DNA of 32,000 bases, from assembly GCF_025643275.1 (NCBI RefSeq), contig NZ_CP089977.1, forward strand, positions 1,470,001 through 1,502,000, given 5' to 3'. A program made the position numbers and the translations under genes. Positions 9,918-17,800 of the stretch are shown here, piece by piece (within the stretch, counting starts at the first letter, position 1; every line of letters starts with the position of its first letter). The notes below the pieces were generated by a model that was not told the origin of the DNA, made no database searches, and saw only the letters and a program-made list of their open reading frames with translations. The stretch is from Moraxella nasicaprae (GTDB lineage Bacteria; Pseudomonadota; Gammaproteobacteria; Pseudomonadales; Moraxellaceae).

Positions 9918-10643
9918 ATGATTATGACTACACAATCCCGACAACTTCCCACCATTAAGACATGGCATATTGTCGTGTTTGGCGTGGTGTGTACGCTGTT
10001 GTTGGGTTCTCTTGCCATTCGTTTGATTGATAATGCCAAGTTCTCGCCCATTGCTATTGACCCAACAGGTCTAAGCGATTTGGAGGTATCTGCAATCGAA
10101 AAGGCGATTGAGCCAATCGGTGCAGTGCAATTTTTTGCTGCTGACTTGACCGCAATTCATCAGGCAGTCAGCAAGCTATCTTGGGCTCAATCAGTCGAAG
10201 TGCGTCGAGATTGGCATCATGGTGTCACGGTGTCCGCCACTCCCAGAATTGCTGTGGCAAATTTTGGCAGTGACCAGTTGTTGGATGCTGATGGGGTGGT
10301 TTTTACCCCTGCTGATGTGCGTATGACCAACAATCCAAAACTGGTGTATTTGTATGGTCATGCAGAAGAGTCAAAAATCATCATGCAGCAGACCAAACGC
10401 CTAAATACTTGGTTTGCTCCCCTAAAAATGACCGTCAAAGATGTGATTTTGACCCCAAGAAAAACTTGGGTGGTGGTGTTTCATAATGGCATGCGTGTCA
10501 TTGTAGATCATGAAAACGCTGAGCAAAAATTATATAATCTTTCCATTCATCTTTCCACTTCTCTAAAAAATGAATTAAACAAAATTCAATCAGCAGATTT
10601 ACGTTACAAAAATGGCTTTGTCATTGCTTATAAGACCGCCTAA
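9918..10643 (+). CDS. ftsQ: Cell division protein FtsQ
   Basis: 241-aa ORF with one N-terminal TM helix (WHIVVFGVVCTLLLGSLAI) followed by a POTRA-like region. It sits between ddl and ftsA. The sequence is divergent, so the call rests mainly on architecture and synteny. Confidence 0.8.
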   Translation: MIMTTQSRQLPTIKTWHIVVFGVVCTLLLGSLAIRLIDNAKFSPIAIDPTGLSDLEVSAIEKAIEPIGAVQFFAADLTAIHQAVSKLSWAQSVEVRRDWHHGVTVSATPRIAVANFGSDQLLDADGVVFTPADVRMTNNPKLVYLYGHAEESKIIMQQTKRLNTWFAPLKMTVKDVILTPRKTWVVVFHNGMRVIVDHENAEQKLYNLSIHLSTSLKNELNKIQSADLRYKNGFVIAYKTA

Positions 10644-10766
10644 ACATCGACTCAAAAAATAATAGATGACAAAATGATTTTTAAGTAGCTTTTGTTATTT
10701 GTTGTGATTTTTGCCTAAAAATAACACAAAAAATCATGAAAATTCATCATTTTATTTGTTTGGCAC

Positions 10767-10796
10767 TTGTGAGAATGTCTTAGAAAATGATAGAAT
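10767..10796 (+). promoter_or_regulatory. Candidate promoter for ftsA(-ftsZ)
   Basis: TTGTGA (10767-10772), an 18-nt spacer, then extended -10 TGATAGAAT (10788-10796) in the 239-bp AT-rich ftsQ-ftsA spacer. Confidence 0.35.
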
Positions 10797-10882
10797 ATTC
10801 GTTCGTGTATTTTTATTTTTCTGATATGCTTGGTTCTTTGATGAATCTAAGCACAAATTGCTAATTTTCTAAGGAAACGATT

Positions 10883-12169
10883 TTGAATCTTCATGCTGCA
10901 ATCCACATCGGCTCAACGGCGGTCTGCACCGTCATTGGCTGTATTGAACATAGTGGGGATCAGTCGTACCTAAAAATCCTAGCAGTTGGCTTGGCACACA
11001 CCAATGCTTTTTCGCAAGGTCGTATTACTTATCGTGAGCATTTGCGTTCGGCGGTGCATAAATCGCTCCAAGAAGCGATGGATATGTCTAACATTAACAT
11101 CATCAATCCTTTGATGTCCTTTGCAACACCATTGATGGAGTCTAGTAATGAGCTGGCGGTGGTTGATGTTGAGGATTTGGAAGGTGTGATTCATGCCGAA
11201 GATTTGTATCAGGCACATTGGCAAATCCAAGAGCGACTTGCTGCCAAAGACGCTGCGGTATTGCAGGCTTGCCAGCAGATTGTGTCTTTACAAAGTGGCG
11301 AGCAGGTGCTTGATGCGATTGGTCTGCGTTCTAAGCAGATTTCGGTGGCGTGCCATGTGATGAGCATTCCAAGCACCAGTCATCAGCAGATGCTTGATTT
11401 GGTGTTGGACCAAGAGATTGATGCCAGTACGACGGTGTTTGATGGGGTGGCTGGTGCGTCTTATGCCCTGACCAAAGCTGAAAAACATCAAGGCGTGTGT
11501 TACATTGATATTGGTGCGACCATGACAAAGGTTTGTCTGTATTATGACAATACTTTGTTGTACTCAAAATGCCTGCCTGTTGGTGGACAAACAGTCGATA
11601 TGGATATTGCCAAAGAGTGCAATATTTCTTTGCAAGATGCCGAAAGTTTTAAGCGACAAGAAGGCACGCTAAATCATGAAAAATACAGCATGGGTGCACA
11701 TGTCATCTATAAAGAAGGCACAAAATACGAAAAAACCATGCTACGCCGTGAGCTAAACCAAGTCATCGAAGCTCGCTACTACGGTATTTTTGCCGACATT
11801 TTTGAAGATATTCATCGTGTCGGTTTGGCAGGTGGATTTGACGCAGGCGTGGTGCTGGCAGGTGGCGGTGCGTCAATGGACGGCATTGTTGGGTTTGTGC
11901 GTAGCAGATTTGGTGTGCCTGTACGAATGGTGACCACGCCAATGATTAAACTGTCGCCCACATTAAGCGATGAAAATTTAAAATTATTACAATCTCATTT
12001 GCAAAATAACACATTGCACAGTGCGATTGGTACATTGATGTATGGCATGAGCGAAGAATTTGCCCGAGACCAACAAATCAATCTGCTCGATGATGATTCG
12101 GAAGGTTTTTTTGGCACTATGGTGCAAAAATTTCAAGCATGGCTTGCAAGGTTTAAGAAATTTGCCTAA
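10883..12169 (+). CDS. ftsA: Cell division protein FtsA (TTG start)
   Basis: Actin-like ATPase motifs (AIHIGSTAV, YIDIGATMTKV, VLAGGGASMDGI) and a C-terminal amphipathic membrane-targeting helix (FFGTMVQKFQAWLARFKKFA). A TTG start with SD AAGGAAA 5 nt upstream is the only in-frame start that retains the conserved N-terminus. Confidence 0.9.
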   Translation: MNLHAAIHIGSTAVCTVIGCIEHSGDQSYLKILAVGLAHTNAFSQGRITYREHLRSAVHKSLQEAMDMSNINIINPLMSFATPLMESSNELAVVDVEDLEGVIHAEDLYQAHWQIQERLAAKDAAVLQACQQIVSLQSGEQVLDAIGLRSKQISVACHVMSIPSTSHQQMLDLVLDQEIDASTTVFDGVAGASYALTKAEKHQGVCYIDIGATMTKVCLYYDNTLLYSKCLPVGGQTVDMDIAKECNISLQDAESFKRQEGTLNHEKYSMGAHVIYKEGTKYEKTMLRRELNQVIEARYYGIFADIFEDIHRVGLAGGFDAGVVLAGGGASMDGIVGFVRSRFGVPVRMVTTPMIKLSPTLSDENLKLLQSHLQNNTLHSAIGTLMYGMSEEFARDQQINLLDDDSEGFFGTMVQKFQAWLARFKKFA

Positions 12170-12247
12170 AATATCTGTCAAAGCAGACTGATGATTGTCA
12201 TGCTGGGACATGGTTAGTAAAATTATTGATAAATATCGGAGTAGGTT

Positions 12248-13390
12248 ATGAAATACGGCATGGTTGATGAGAATCAGCTTGAAAATAATGGTCAAGCACG
12301 CATCATCGTTTTTGGCGTAGGTGGCGGTGGCGGTAACGCTGTTGAGCATATGGTTCGCCAAAATGTCAAAGGCATTACTTTTGTTTGTGCCAATACCGAT
12401 TTGCAAGCATTAAATAAGTTGTCAGCACCGCACAAAATCCAAATCGGTGCAGATGCCACTCGTGGTCTGGGTGCGGGTGCTAATCCAGAAGTGGGTCGTG
12501 CAGCAGCCGAGAGCAGCGAAGAAGAGATTCGTAGTATGCTACAAGGCTATGACATGGCGTTCATTACTGCTGGTATGGGCGGTGGTACTGGCACAGGGGC
12601 TGCTCCTGTGGTGGCTCGCATTGCTAATGAGATGGGTATTTTGACCGTGGCGGTTGTAACCACGCCATTTACTTTTGAGGGTAAACGCCGTGCAACCGCT
12701 GCCAAAAACGGCATCGATGCCTTGACACAACATGTGGATTCTATCATCACCATTCCAAACGACAAGCTAAGCCAAGCCTATCGCAACATGACAATGGTTG
12801 ATGCGTTCAAAAAAGCTGATGATGTATTGTTGTATGCGGTTAATGGTCTGACCGAAACCATCGTCAATCCTGGTATGATTAACATTGACTTCAACGATGT
12901 GCGTACTGCCATGACCGCCAAAGGTCATGCCATGATGGGCATTGGTCGTTCAAGCGGTGCTAACCGTGGCGTGGAAGCAATGGAAAAAGCCATTCGTTCG
13001 CCACTGCTAGATGACCTAAACCTACGCAATGCACAAGGTCTAATCATCAATATCATCGGTTCTGGCGTGACGATGGAAGAGGTTATGGCAATCGTTAGCG
13101 TGGGCGAAGAGATGATGAATGAAGACGCTCATGTATTCTATGGCTTGGTTGATGACCCAGACATGGACGATGAAATCCATGTGACGGTAGTGGCGACTGG
13201 CTTGACGGTCAGCAATGCACAGCCAGCACCAGTAGTGGCACAACCTGCCCAAGCGGTTCAGCAAGCAGCCCTTGCCAATCACACCAGTGCTTTTGCTCAG
13301 CAACAAAGCCAAGAGCCAAGAGTGGGTGGACCAAAGCCACTGAGTGTTGGTAACTATCTGCAACAGCAGCAACAGCTAAAAAATAACTAA
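12248..13390 (+). CDS. ftsZ: Cell division protein FtsZ
   Basis: Tubulin signature GGGTGTGAAPV, N-terminal GVGGGGGNAV, and a Q/A-rich C-terminal linker. GGAG SD upstream. Confidence 0.97.
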   Translation: MKYGMVDENQLENNGQARIIVFGVGGGGGNAVEHMVRQNVKGITFVCANTDLQALNKLSAPHKIQIGADATRGLGAGANPEVGRAAAESSEEEIRSMLQGYDMAFITAGMGGGTGTGAAPVVARIANEMGILTVAVVTTPFTFEGKRRATAAKNGIDALTQHVDSIITIPNDKLSQAYRNMTMVDAFKKADDVLLYAVNGLTETIVNPGMINIDFNDVRTAMTAKGHAMMGIGRSSGANRGVEAMEKAIRSPLLDDLNLRNAQGLIINIIGSGVTMEEVMAIVSVGEEMMNEDAHVFYGLVDDPDMDDEIHVTVVATGLTVSNAQPAPVVAQPAQAVQQAALANHTSAFAQQQSQEPRVGGPKPLSVGNYLQQQQQLKNN

Positions 13391-13403
13391 GCATTCATCG
13401 AAC

Positions 13404-13437
13404 AAAGCCCTGCACTTGTAGGGCTTTTGTTGTTTTT
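13404..13437 (+). terminator. Rho-independent terminator after ftsZ
   Basis: AAAGCCCT (13404-13411) pairs with AGGGCTTT (13420-13427) around an 8-nt loop, followed by TTGTTGTTTTT. Confidence 0.7.
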
Positions 13438-13443
13438 GGGATA

Positions 13444-14379
13444 ATGATGATGGCAAGTAAAATAGATTTGCATTCGCACAGCACTTGTTCTGATGGCACA
13501 AATTCGCCTTCGGCATTGGTTGAATTGGCGGCAAGAGCTGGTGTTCGACTGTTTGCCCTGACAGACCACGATACGGTGGCAGGGCTTGATGAAGCACGAC
13601 AAATGGCAGAGCGACTTGGTGTATTCTTTGTCAATGGCGTGGAAATTAGTTGCACGCATTCACTGTTTGGTGGTTATGGCAAAAATGCCAGCATTGATAA
13701 AATCATTCATGTGGCGGCGTTAAATTTTGATGATGTGGATAAAATGCACACCGCCCTACAAGCATTGCAAGATAGCCGTCATCAGCGTGGTTTTGCAATG
13801 GTGCAAAAATTGGCACAGATTTTACCATTTGACACAGCCGAAGCAAGTAAGCATTTTGCTGATGTGCTATGGCAACGAGTGCTGGATAAAACCAATCAAA
13901 ACCCCAAGGCGGTTGGTCGAGCTCATATTGCACAGGCGTTGCAAGAGATGGGTATTGTGCCAACCGTGCAAGCGGCATTTGATAAATATCTGGCGGATAA
14001 TAAGCCTGCCTATGTCGCCATCAAGACCATCAGTATGCAAGATGCCATTCAGCTCATTCATGAGTGCGGCGGCGTGGCGGTACTGGCTCACCCCAGTCGC
14101 TACAAACTATCTTCCACTCGTATTCAACGATTGATTGCAGATTTTGCAGATTTTGGTGGCGATGGTTGTGAATTGCCAAATAATGAACCGCTTAGCTTGG
14201 TGCAGATGGTGGCTCGTACGATGGATAAGCACGGGTTGTTGGCATCATTGGGCAGTGATTTTCATGGCAGTAATATGCCGTGGCGAAAACTTGGCAGCAC
14301 CACCAAACTTTTGCCCAATCAGCAAGGCATCTGGCAACGCTTTATTAGTGATGATAAGCTGTCACTCATGCTATCCTAA
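13444..14379 (+). CDS. rnm: PHP-domain 5'-3' exoribonuclease / phosphoesterase (TrpH/YciV, RNase AM family)
   Basis: Collinear with E. coli YciV: DLHSHSTCSDG, LTDHDTVAG, VNGVEIS, VLAHPSRY, GSDFH. Three tandem ATGs (13444, 13447, 13450) leave the start ambiguous. Confidence 0.85.
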   Translation: MMMASKIDLHSHSTCSDGTNSPSALVELAARAGVRLFALTDHDTVAGLDEARQMAERLGVFFVNGVEISCTHSLFGGYGKNASIDKIIHVAALNFDDVDKMHTALQALQDSRHQRGFAMVQKLAQILPFDTAEASKHFADVLWQRVLDKTNQNPKAVGRAHIAQALQEMGIVPTVQAAFDKYLADNKPAYVAIKTISMQDAIQLIHECGGVAVLAHPSRYKLSSTRIQRLIADFADFGGDGCELPNNEPLSLVQMVARTMDKHGLLASLGSDFHGSNMPWRKLGSTTKLLPNQQGIWQRFISDDKLSLMLS

Positions 14380-15252
14380 TCAGCGGTCTTTTAAATCATC
14401 TAGGGTGTATTTTAGGGCATCAAAACAAACGCTCATTTCATAACCACGATACTGTAAAAATCGCAGCTGTTTGGCTTTTTCTTTGGGGGTCTGAGGTGGG
14501 GCGTTGCCATATTTTTTGCAGCGAGCCTCCACCGCCAAATACAGCCAATCAACCTTGTCATGGCATGAGTCAAGTGAAGTGCCATCGATGAGCGTATCAA
14601 TCCCAGCTTGGGCAATCATGTCATCAAGCGATGAGTCAAAGTTGAGCCTTGCTTCTTTAAAAGCCTGATGAATGTACTGTTTTCCACGAGCTTTGCGAAT
14701 ACTTTCACGAATAATCATGTAGGCACATCGCTCATCGCTTTGATAGCCTTTTTCAGCAAATTCAATCAGCAGTATTTCGACAGCGTCTGCATCACAGTCT
14801 TTGGCAAGTAGTTTTTGGCGAAGTTCGTGTTGCGATAATTCACGCTTGGATAAATAATAAAACGCCAGCCATCGCATGTAGTTGATGGCACGGTCGGTTT
14901 GTGCCAAAGGTTCAATGGCAACGCCTTGAAGTACATCAGCAAGATTTTGGGGTAATGCTTTTTGTTCTGGGTCTTTTTGATGCTGAGCCAATAAGGCGGC
15001 AACTTGGCTGTTTGGTGGGTTTGCTGGTGTTTTGTGGGATTGTTTGGGGTGTGCGGTAGGGGATTTGGTGGTGGTTGGTTTGGTGGTATGGGCAACAGTA
15101 CGGGTATTGTGATTCGGCTGTGGCGACTGCTGTTTTGAGCGGTGCTTGATTTTGGTTTGGGCTGATGTTTGTGTTTGGGAATTGGTTGTGTCAGCAGAGA
15201 TAGGCTGACCACCCATCTCTGCCAAAACTTCGGATAAAGTTTTAATTTGCAT
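14380..15252 (-). CDS. recX: RecA regulator RecX with a ~115-aa low-complexity N-terminal extension
   Basis: The C-terminal ~170 aa align with E. coli RecX (SQHELRQKL; DWLYLAVEARCKKYGNAPPQTPKEKAKQLRFLQYRGYEM). It lies 19 nt downstream of recA on the same strand. The N-terminal T/P/Q/K/H-rich segment has no RecX counterpart. Confidence 0.85.
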   Translation of the reverse strand: MQIKTLSEVLAEMGGQPISADTTNSQTQTSAQTKIKHRSKQQSPQPNHNTRTVAHTTKPTTTKSPTAHPKQSHKTPANPPNSQVAALLAQHQKDPEQKALPQNLADVLQGVAIEPLAQTDRAINYMRWLAFYYLSKRELSQHELRQKLLAKDCDADAVEILLIEFAEKGYQSDERCAYMIIRESIRKARGKQYIHQAFKEARLNFDSSLDDMIAQAGIDTLIDGTSLDSCHDKVDWLYLAVEARCKKYGNAPPQTPKEKAKQLRFLQYRGYEMSVCFDALKYTLDDLKDR

Positions 15253-15271
15253 GTAGCATCACTTGCTTTAA

Positions 15272-16345
15272 TCAAAACATCTCGTCATTGCCGTTGTCCA
15301 TTTCTGGCACATATTCAGGCACTTCATCGCTCTCATCTTGTGGTGCAGCGATTTTGGTGCTGAGTTTTTCGGCACGGATTCTGCTTTCGATTTCTTGGGC
15401 GATTTGTGGGTTTTCTAGTAGGTATTTGACGGTGTTGGCTTTACCTTGACCAATCTTGCCTTCGCCATAGCTGTACCATGCACCTGATTTGCCAACTGCA
15501 CCAATTTCTACACCCAAATCAACAACTTCACCTAGACGGTTGATACCCTCGCCATACATGATTTGAAATTCGGTTTGGCGAAATGGGGGTGCCATTTTAT
15601 TTTTGATGACTTTGACACGAGTTTCAGAACCTAAAATCTCTTCGCCATCTTTGACCGAGCCAATACGGCGAATATCCAAACGCACCGAAGCATAGAATTT
15701 AAGGGCGTTACCGCCTGTGGTGGTTTCAGGAGAGCCAAACATCACACCAATTTTCATACGAATTTGGTTGATGAAAATCACCATACAGTTAGAACGCTTG
15801 GCATTACCAGTGATTTTGCGTAGTGCCTGACTCATCAAGCGAGCTTGCAAGCCCATGTGGCTATCGCCCATCTCGCCTTCGATTTCAGCTTTTGGGGTCA
15901 AGGCAGCAACAGAGTCCACAACAATTAGGTCAATCGCACCTGAACGCACCAGCATATCAGCGATTTCTAATGCTTGCTCGCCATTATCAGGCTGAGAAAC
16001 AAGCAAATCATCGATGTTTACGCCAAGTTTTTTGGCATAAATTGGGTCTAGGGCATGCTCAGCGTCAATGAATGCACATTTGCCACCTTGTTTTTGGCAT
16101 TCAGCGATGGTTTGTAGTGTTAGCGTGGTTTTACCAGAGCTTTCAGGCCCAAAGATTTCAATGATACGACCTTTTGGCAGACCGCCAATACCTAAGGCAA
16201 TATCCAAGCCAAGCGAGCCTGTGGAGACCACATCGACATCGACAGCGGCATTTTCATCGCCCAAGTGCATGATGGCGTTTTTGCCAAAACTTTTTTCGAT
16301 TTGAGCCAAAGCGGCTTTGAGTGCTTTTTCTTTATTCTCGTCCAC
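15272..16345 (-). CDS. recA: Recombinase RecA (GTG start)
   Basis: Walker [11 protein letters not shown] plus typical RecA sequence throughout ([22 protein letters not shown]). GTG at 16345-16343 follows SD AAGGAAA and yields (M)[21 protein letters not shown]. The 47 codons further upstream in the open frame are non-RecA-like and contain the predicted promoter. Confidence 0.95.
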   Translation of the reverse strand: MDENKEKALKAALAQIEKSFGKNAIMHLGDENAAVDVDVVSTGSLGLDIALGIGGLPKGRIIEIFGPESSGKTTLTLQTIAECQKQGGKCAFIDAEHALDPIYAKKLGVNIDDLLVSQPDNGEQALEIADMLVRSGAIDLIVVDSVAALTPKAEIEGEMGDSHMGLQARLMSQALRKITGNAKRSNCMVIFINQIRMKIGVMFGSPETTTGGNALKFYASVRLDIRRIGSVKDGEEILGSETRVKVIKNKMAPPFRQTEFQIMYGEGINRLGEVVDLGVEIGAVGKSGAWYSYGEGKIGQGKANTVKYLLENPQIAQEIESRIRAEKLSTKIAAPQDESDEVPEYVPEMDNGNDEMF

Positions 16346-16394
16346 GAGTGTTTCCTTGTCATTGTAGGCTAAATAGCCAGCCAAAATTCGCCCA

Positions 16395-16403
16395 ATTATA
16401 GCA
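16395..16403 (-). promoter_or_regulatory. Candidate extended -10 promoter of recA (TGCTATAAT)
   Basis: The minus strand reads TGCTATAAT about 50 nt upstream of the GTG start. It is embedded in a 6-3-6 AT palindrome AATTATAGCATAATT (16394-16408). No convincing -35. Confidence 0.5.
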
Positions 16404-16550
16404 TAATTTGATGAGCATTGGGCGTAAAATCTGTGTATGTTTTGGGTAATTGAGTTGTTGATTAACCAAAGAAAAGTCATAATCATGCCATCAATAACTG
16501 CTTGGCTGTCATCGCTTGTGATTTGGCATCATCGATGCCATCAAAGAAAA

Positions 16551-16559
16551 TTATCCACA
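16551..16559 (+). promoter_or_regulatory. Consensus DnaA box TTATCCACA
   Basis: Exact 9/9 match to the E. coli-type DnaA box in ORF-free DNA. Confidence 0.6.
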
Positions 16560-16690
16560 TGGCGATGATGGTGTTTTGTCAAGCGGTGCTTTGTTGAAGG
16601 TGATGCACCAAAATTCTGGCAAGCATAGATAAATCTGGTCATGAATTTTGATAACTGATTGATTTACAATGATATTTTTTGAATTAAAAC

Positions 16691-16707
16691 TGTATAAATT
16701 TTATACA
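16691..16707. repeat. Perfect 17-bp palindrome TGTATAAA-T-TTTATACA (operator-like)
   Basis: The 8-nt arms are exact reverse complements. Located in the AT-rich part of the recA-trmB spacer. Confidence 0.8.
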
Positions 16708-16735
16708 ATTTTGCTCATGGCGTGATATATCCAAA

Positions 16736-16753
16736 GGATTTTTGAAAAAATCC
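16736..16753. repeat. Palindrome GGATTTTT-GA-AAAAATCC
   Basis: The 8-nt arms are exact reverse complements around a 2-nt centre. It lies immediately upstream of the DnaA-box trio. Confidence 0.75.
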
Positions 16754-16757
16754 ATGC

Positions 16758-16792
16758 TTTTCCACATAGTTATCCACAGATTTTGTGGACAA
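16758..16792. promoter_or_regulatory. Cluster of three DnaA boxes (8/9, 9/9, and 8/9 inverted)
   Basis: TTTTCCACA (16758-16766), TTATCCACA (16770-16778) and TGTGGACAA (TTGTCCACA on the minus strand, 16784-16792). The last two face each other across 5 bp. Confidence 0.65.
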
Positions 16793-16851
16793 AATATCAC
16801 AGTCAAGTCCGCTAATGTCGCCACATGCTGTGTGGGATAAACATCACGCAC

Positions 16852-16890
16852 AAAAAAACCTGCATCAGCATCAGGCGAGCAGGTTTTTTT
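16852..16890 (-). terminator. Terminator downstream of trmB (bidirectional A-run / stem / T-run architecture)
   Basis: AAAAAAACCTGC ... GCAGGTTTTTTT: CCTGC (16859-16863) pairs with GCAGG (16879-16883), with A/T extensions and further imperfect pairing inside. It starts 11 nt after the trmB stop. Confidence 0.6.
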
Positions 16891-16900
16891 ATTGTTTGGG

Positions 16901-17701
16901 TTAGGCTTTTTGGTAAATCAAATCCCAAACGCCATGCCCATGTGTCAGCCCTCGTTTTTCAAATTTGGTCTGCGGGCGAAATGCTGGGCGTGGGGTAAAT
17001 TGCCCAGCACCTGCCGTATTGATGAATTCTGGCATATTATCCAGCACTTCTAGCATCCAAAATGCGTAATGCTCCCAATCGGTTGCTGCATGAAAAGTGC
17101 CAGCAGGTTTGAGGACTCGTGCCACTTTTTGCATGCGGTCTTGGGTGACAAAACGGCGTTTATAATGACGCTTTTTTTGCCAAGGGTCAGGAAAATATAG
17201 TTGCACGGTATCTAGATGATTGTCAGGCAGATTATCCAGTAAAGCAATGGCATCGCCATTGATGACTTTAAGATTGCTAAGAGATGCCTCGTCTGCCATA
17301 AAGGCTAGTCTGCCAATGCCTGGTTCATGAACTTCAATGCCGATGAAGTTGCGTTCTGGTTGATTGCTTGCCATCTCAAATAGACTATCGCCCATGCCAA
17401 AGCCGATTTCTAGTGTCAAAGGTGCATCAGTCCCATTGGGCGTGTCAGCAAAAAATTGACGCAAATCGGTCAAGGCGGAAACATCGCCCAACTTGCCTAC
17501 TTCGCCACAGTGATTGAGAATGATGTGAGCAAAACGGGTGTCGATGAGTGCCAGTTCTGCATTTTGATTCATGTGGGTGCGGCGTTTCATGAAAGTATTG
17601 ATTTTGCGAAACTGCTCAGGCGTTTGGGCAAGTTTGGCAAGACGAGTGCTGATTTCGTCCATATCGATGGTGTCGGTCAAATTTGTGTTTGAATTTGTCA
17701 T
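16901..17701 (-). CDS. trmB: tRNA (guanine-N7)-methyltransferase
   Basis: Collinear with E. coli TrmB: [70 protein letters not shown] at 17701 (MTNSNTN...) is preferred over the longer ORF-track start at 17788. Confidence 0.9.
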   Translation of the reverse strand: MTNSNTNLTDTIDMDEISTRLAKLAQTPEQFRKINTFMKRRTHMNQNAELALIDTRFAHIILNHCGEVGKLGDVSALTDLRQFFADTPNGTDAPLTLEIGFGMGDSLFEMASNQPERNFIGIEVHEPGIGRLAFMADEASLSNLKVINGDAIALLDNLPDNHLDTVQLYFPDPWQKKRHYKRRFVTQDRMQKVARVLKPAGTFHAATDWEHYAFWMLEVLDNMPEFINTAGAGQFTPRPAFRPQTKFEKRGLTHGHGVWDLIYQKA

Positions 17702-17800
17702 AACAAAAAGCGTAAAATGATGGAAAATGGGTGCATTATAAAGAATCTTACCCAATAAAGCCACACTTGGGGCGATATTTACGAACAAATAGGGTCAATT

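Noticed and set aside
14766-15275. A 169-aa ORF in another frame of the recX strand, overlapping the low-complexity region
   Set aside because: It is a by-product of the C/A-rich repetitive codons (a Pro/Thr/Lys/Gln-rich translation in any frame). The frame that continues into the RecX core is the coherent one.
16346-16486. A 47-codon N-terminal extension of recA (ORF track start at 16486)
   Set aside because: The extension is hydrophobic and unlike RecA. It contains the TGCTATAAT promoter element. A GTG with a well-placed AAGGAAA SD gives the canonical RecA N-terminus.
16541-16642. Small ORFs in the recA-trmB spacer (33 aa on the minus strand at 16642-16541, a 27-aa minus-strand ORF starting near 16766, and a 27-aa plus-strand ORF from 16485)
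   Set aside because: None has a Shine-Dalgarno sequence, and their composition looks like translated AT-rich spacer. There is no basis for calling them genes without Ribo-seq.
16689-16709. A LexA SOS box upstream of recA (aCTGTATAAATTTTATACAat contains CTGTATA-like half-sites)
   Set aside because: The LexA consensus is CTGT-N8-ACAG, a 16-bp site. Here the TG...CA arms are 3 bp too far apart, the outer C and G are not complementary, and the site lies ~290 bp upstream of the predicted recA -10. It is kept as an unexplained palindrome, not an SOS box.
16487-16850. Chromosomal replication origin (oriC)
   Set aside because: There are only four boxes, no dnaA/dnaN/rpmH/gidA neighbours, and the flanking genes (recA and trmB) run in the same direction rather than diverging. 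I saw no repeated 13-mer-type unwinding elements. This cannot be fully excluded without genome-wide GC skew, so it remains an alternative in the finding.
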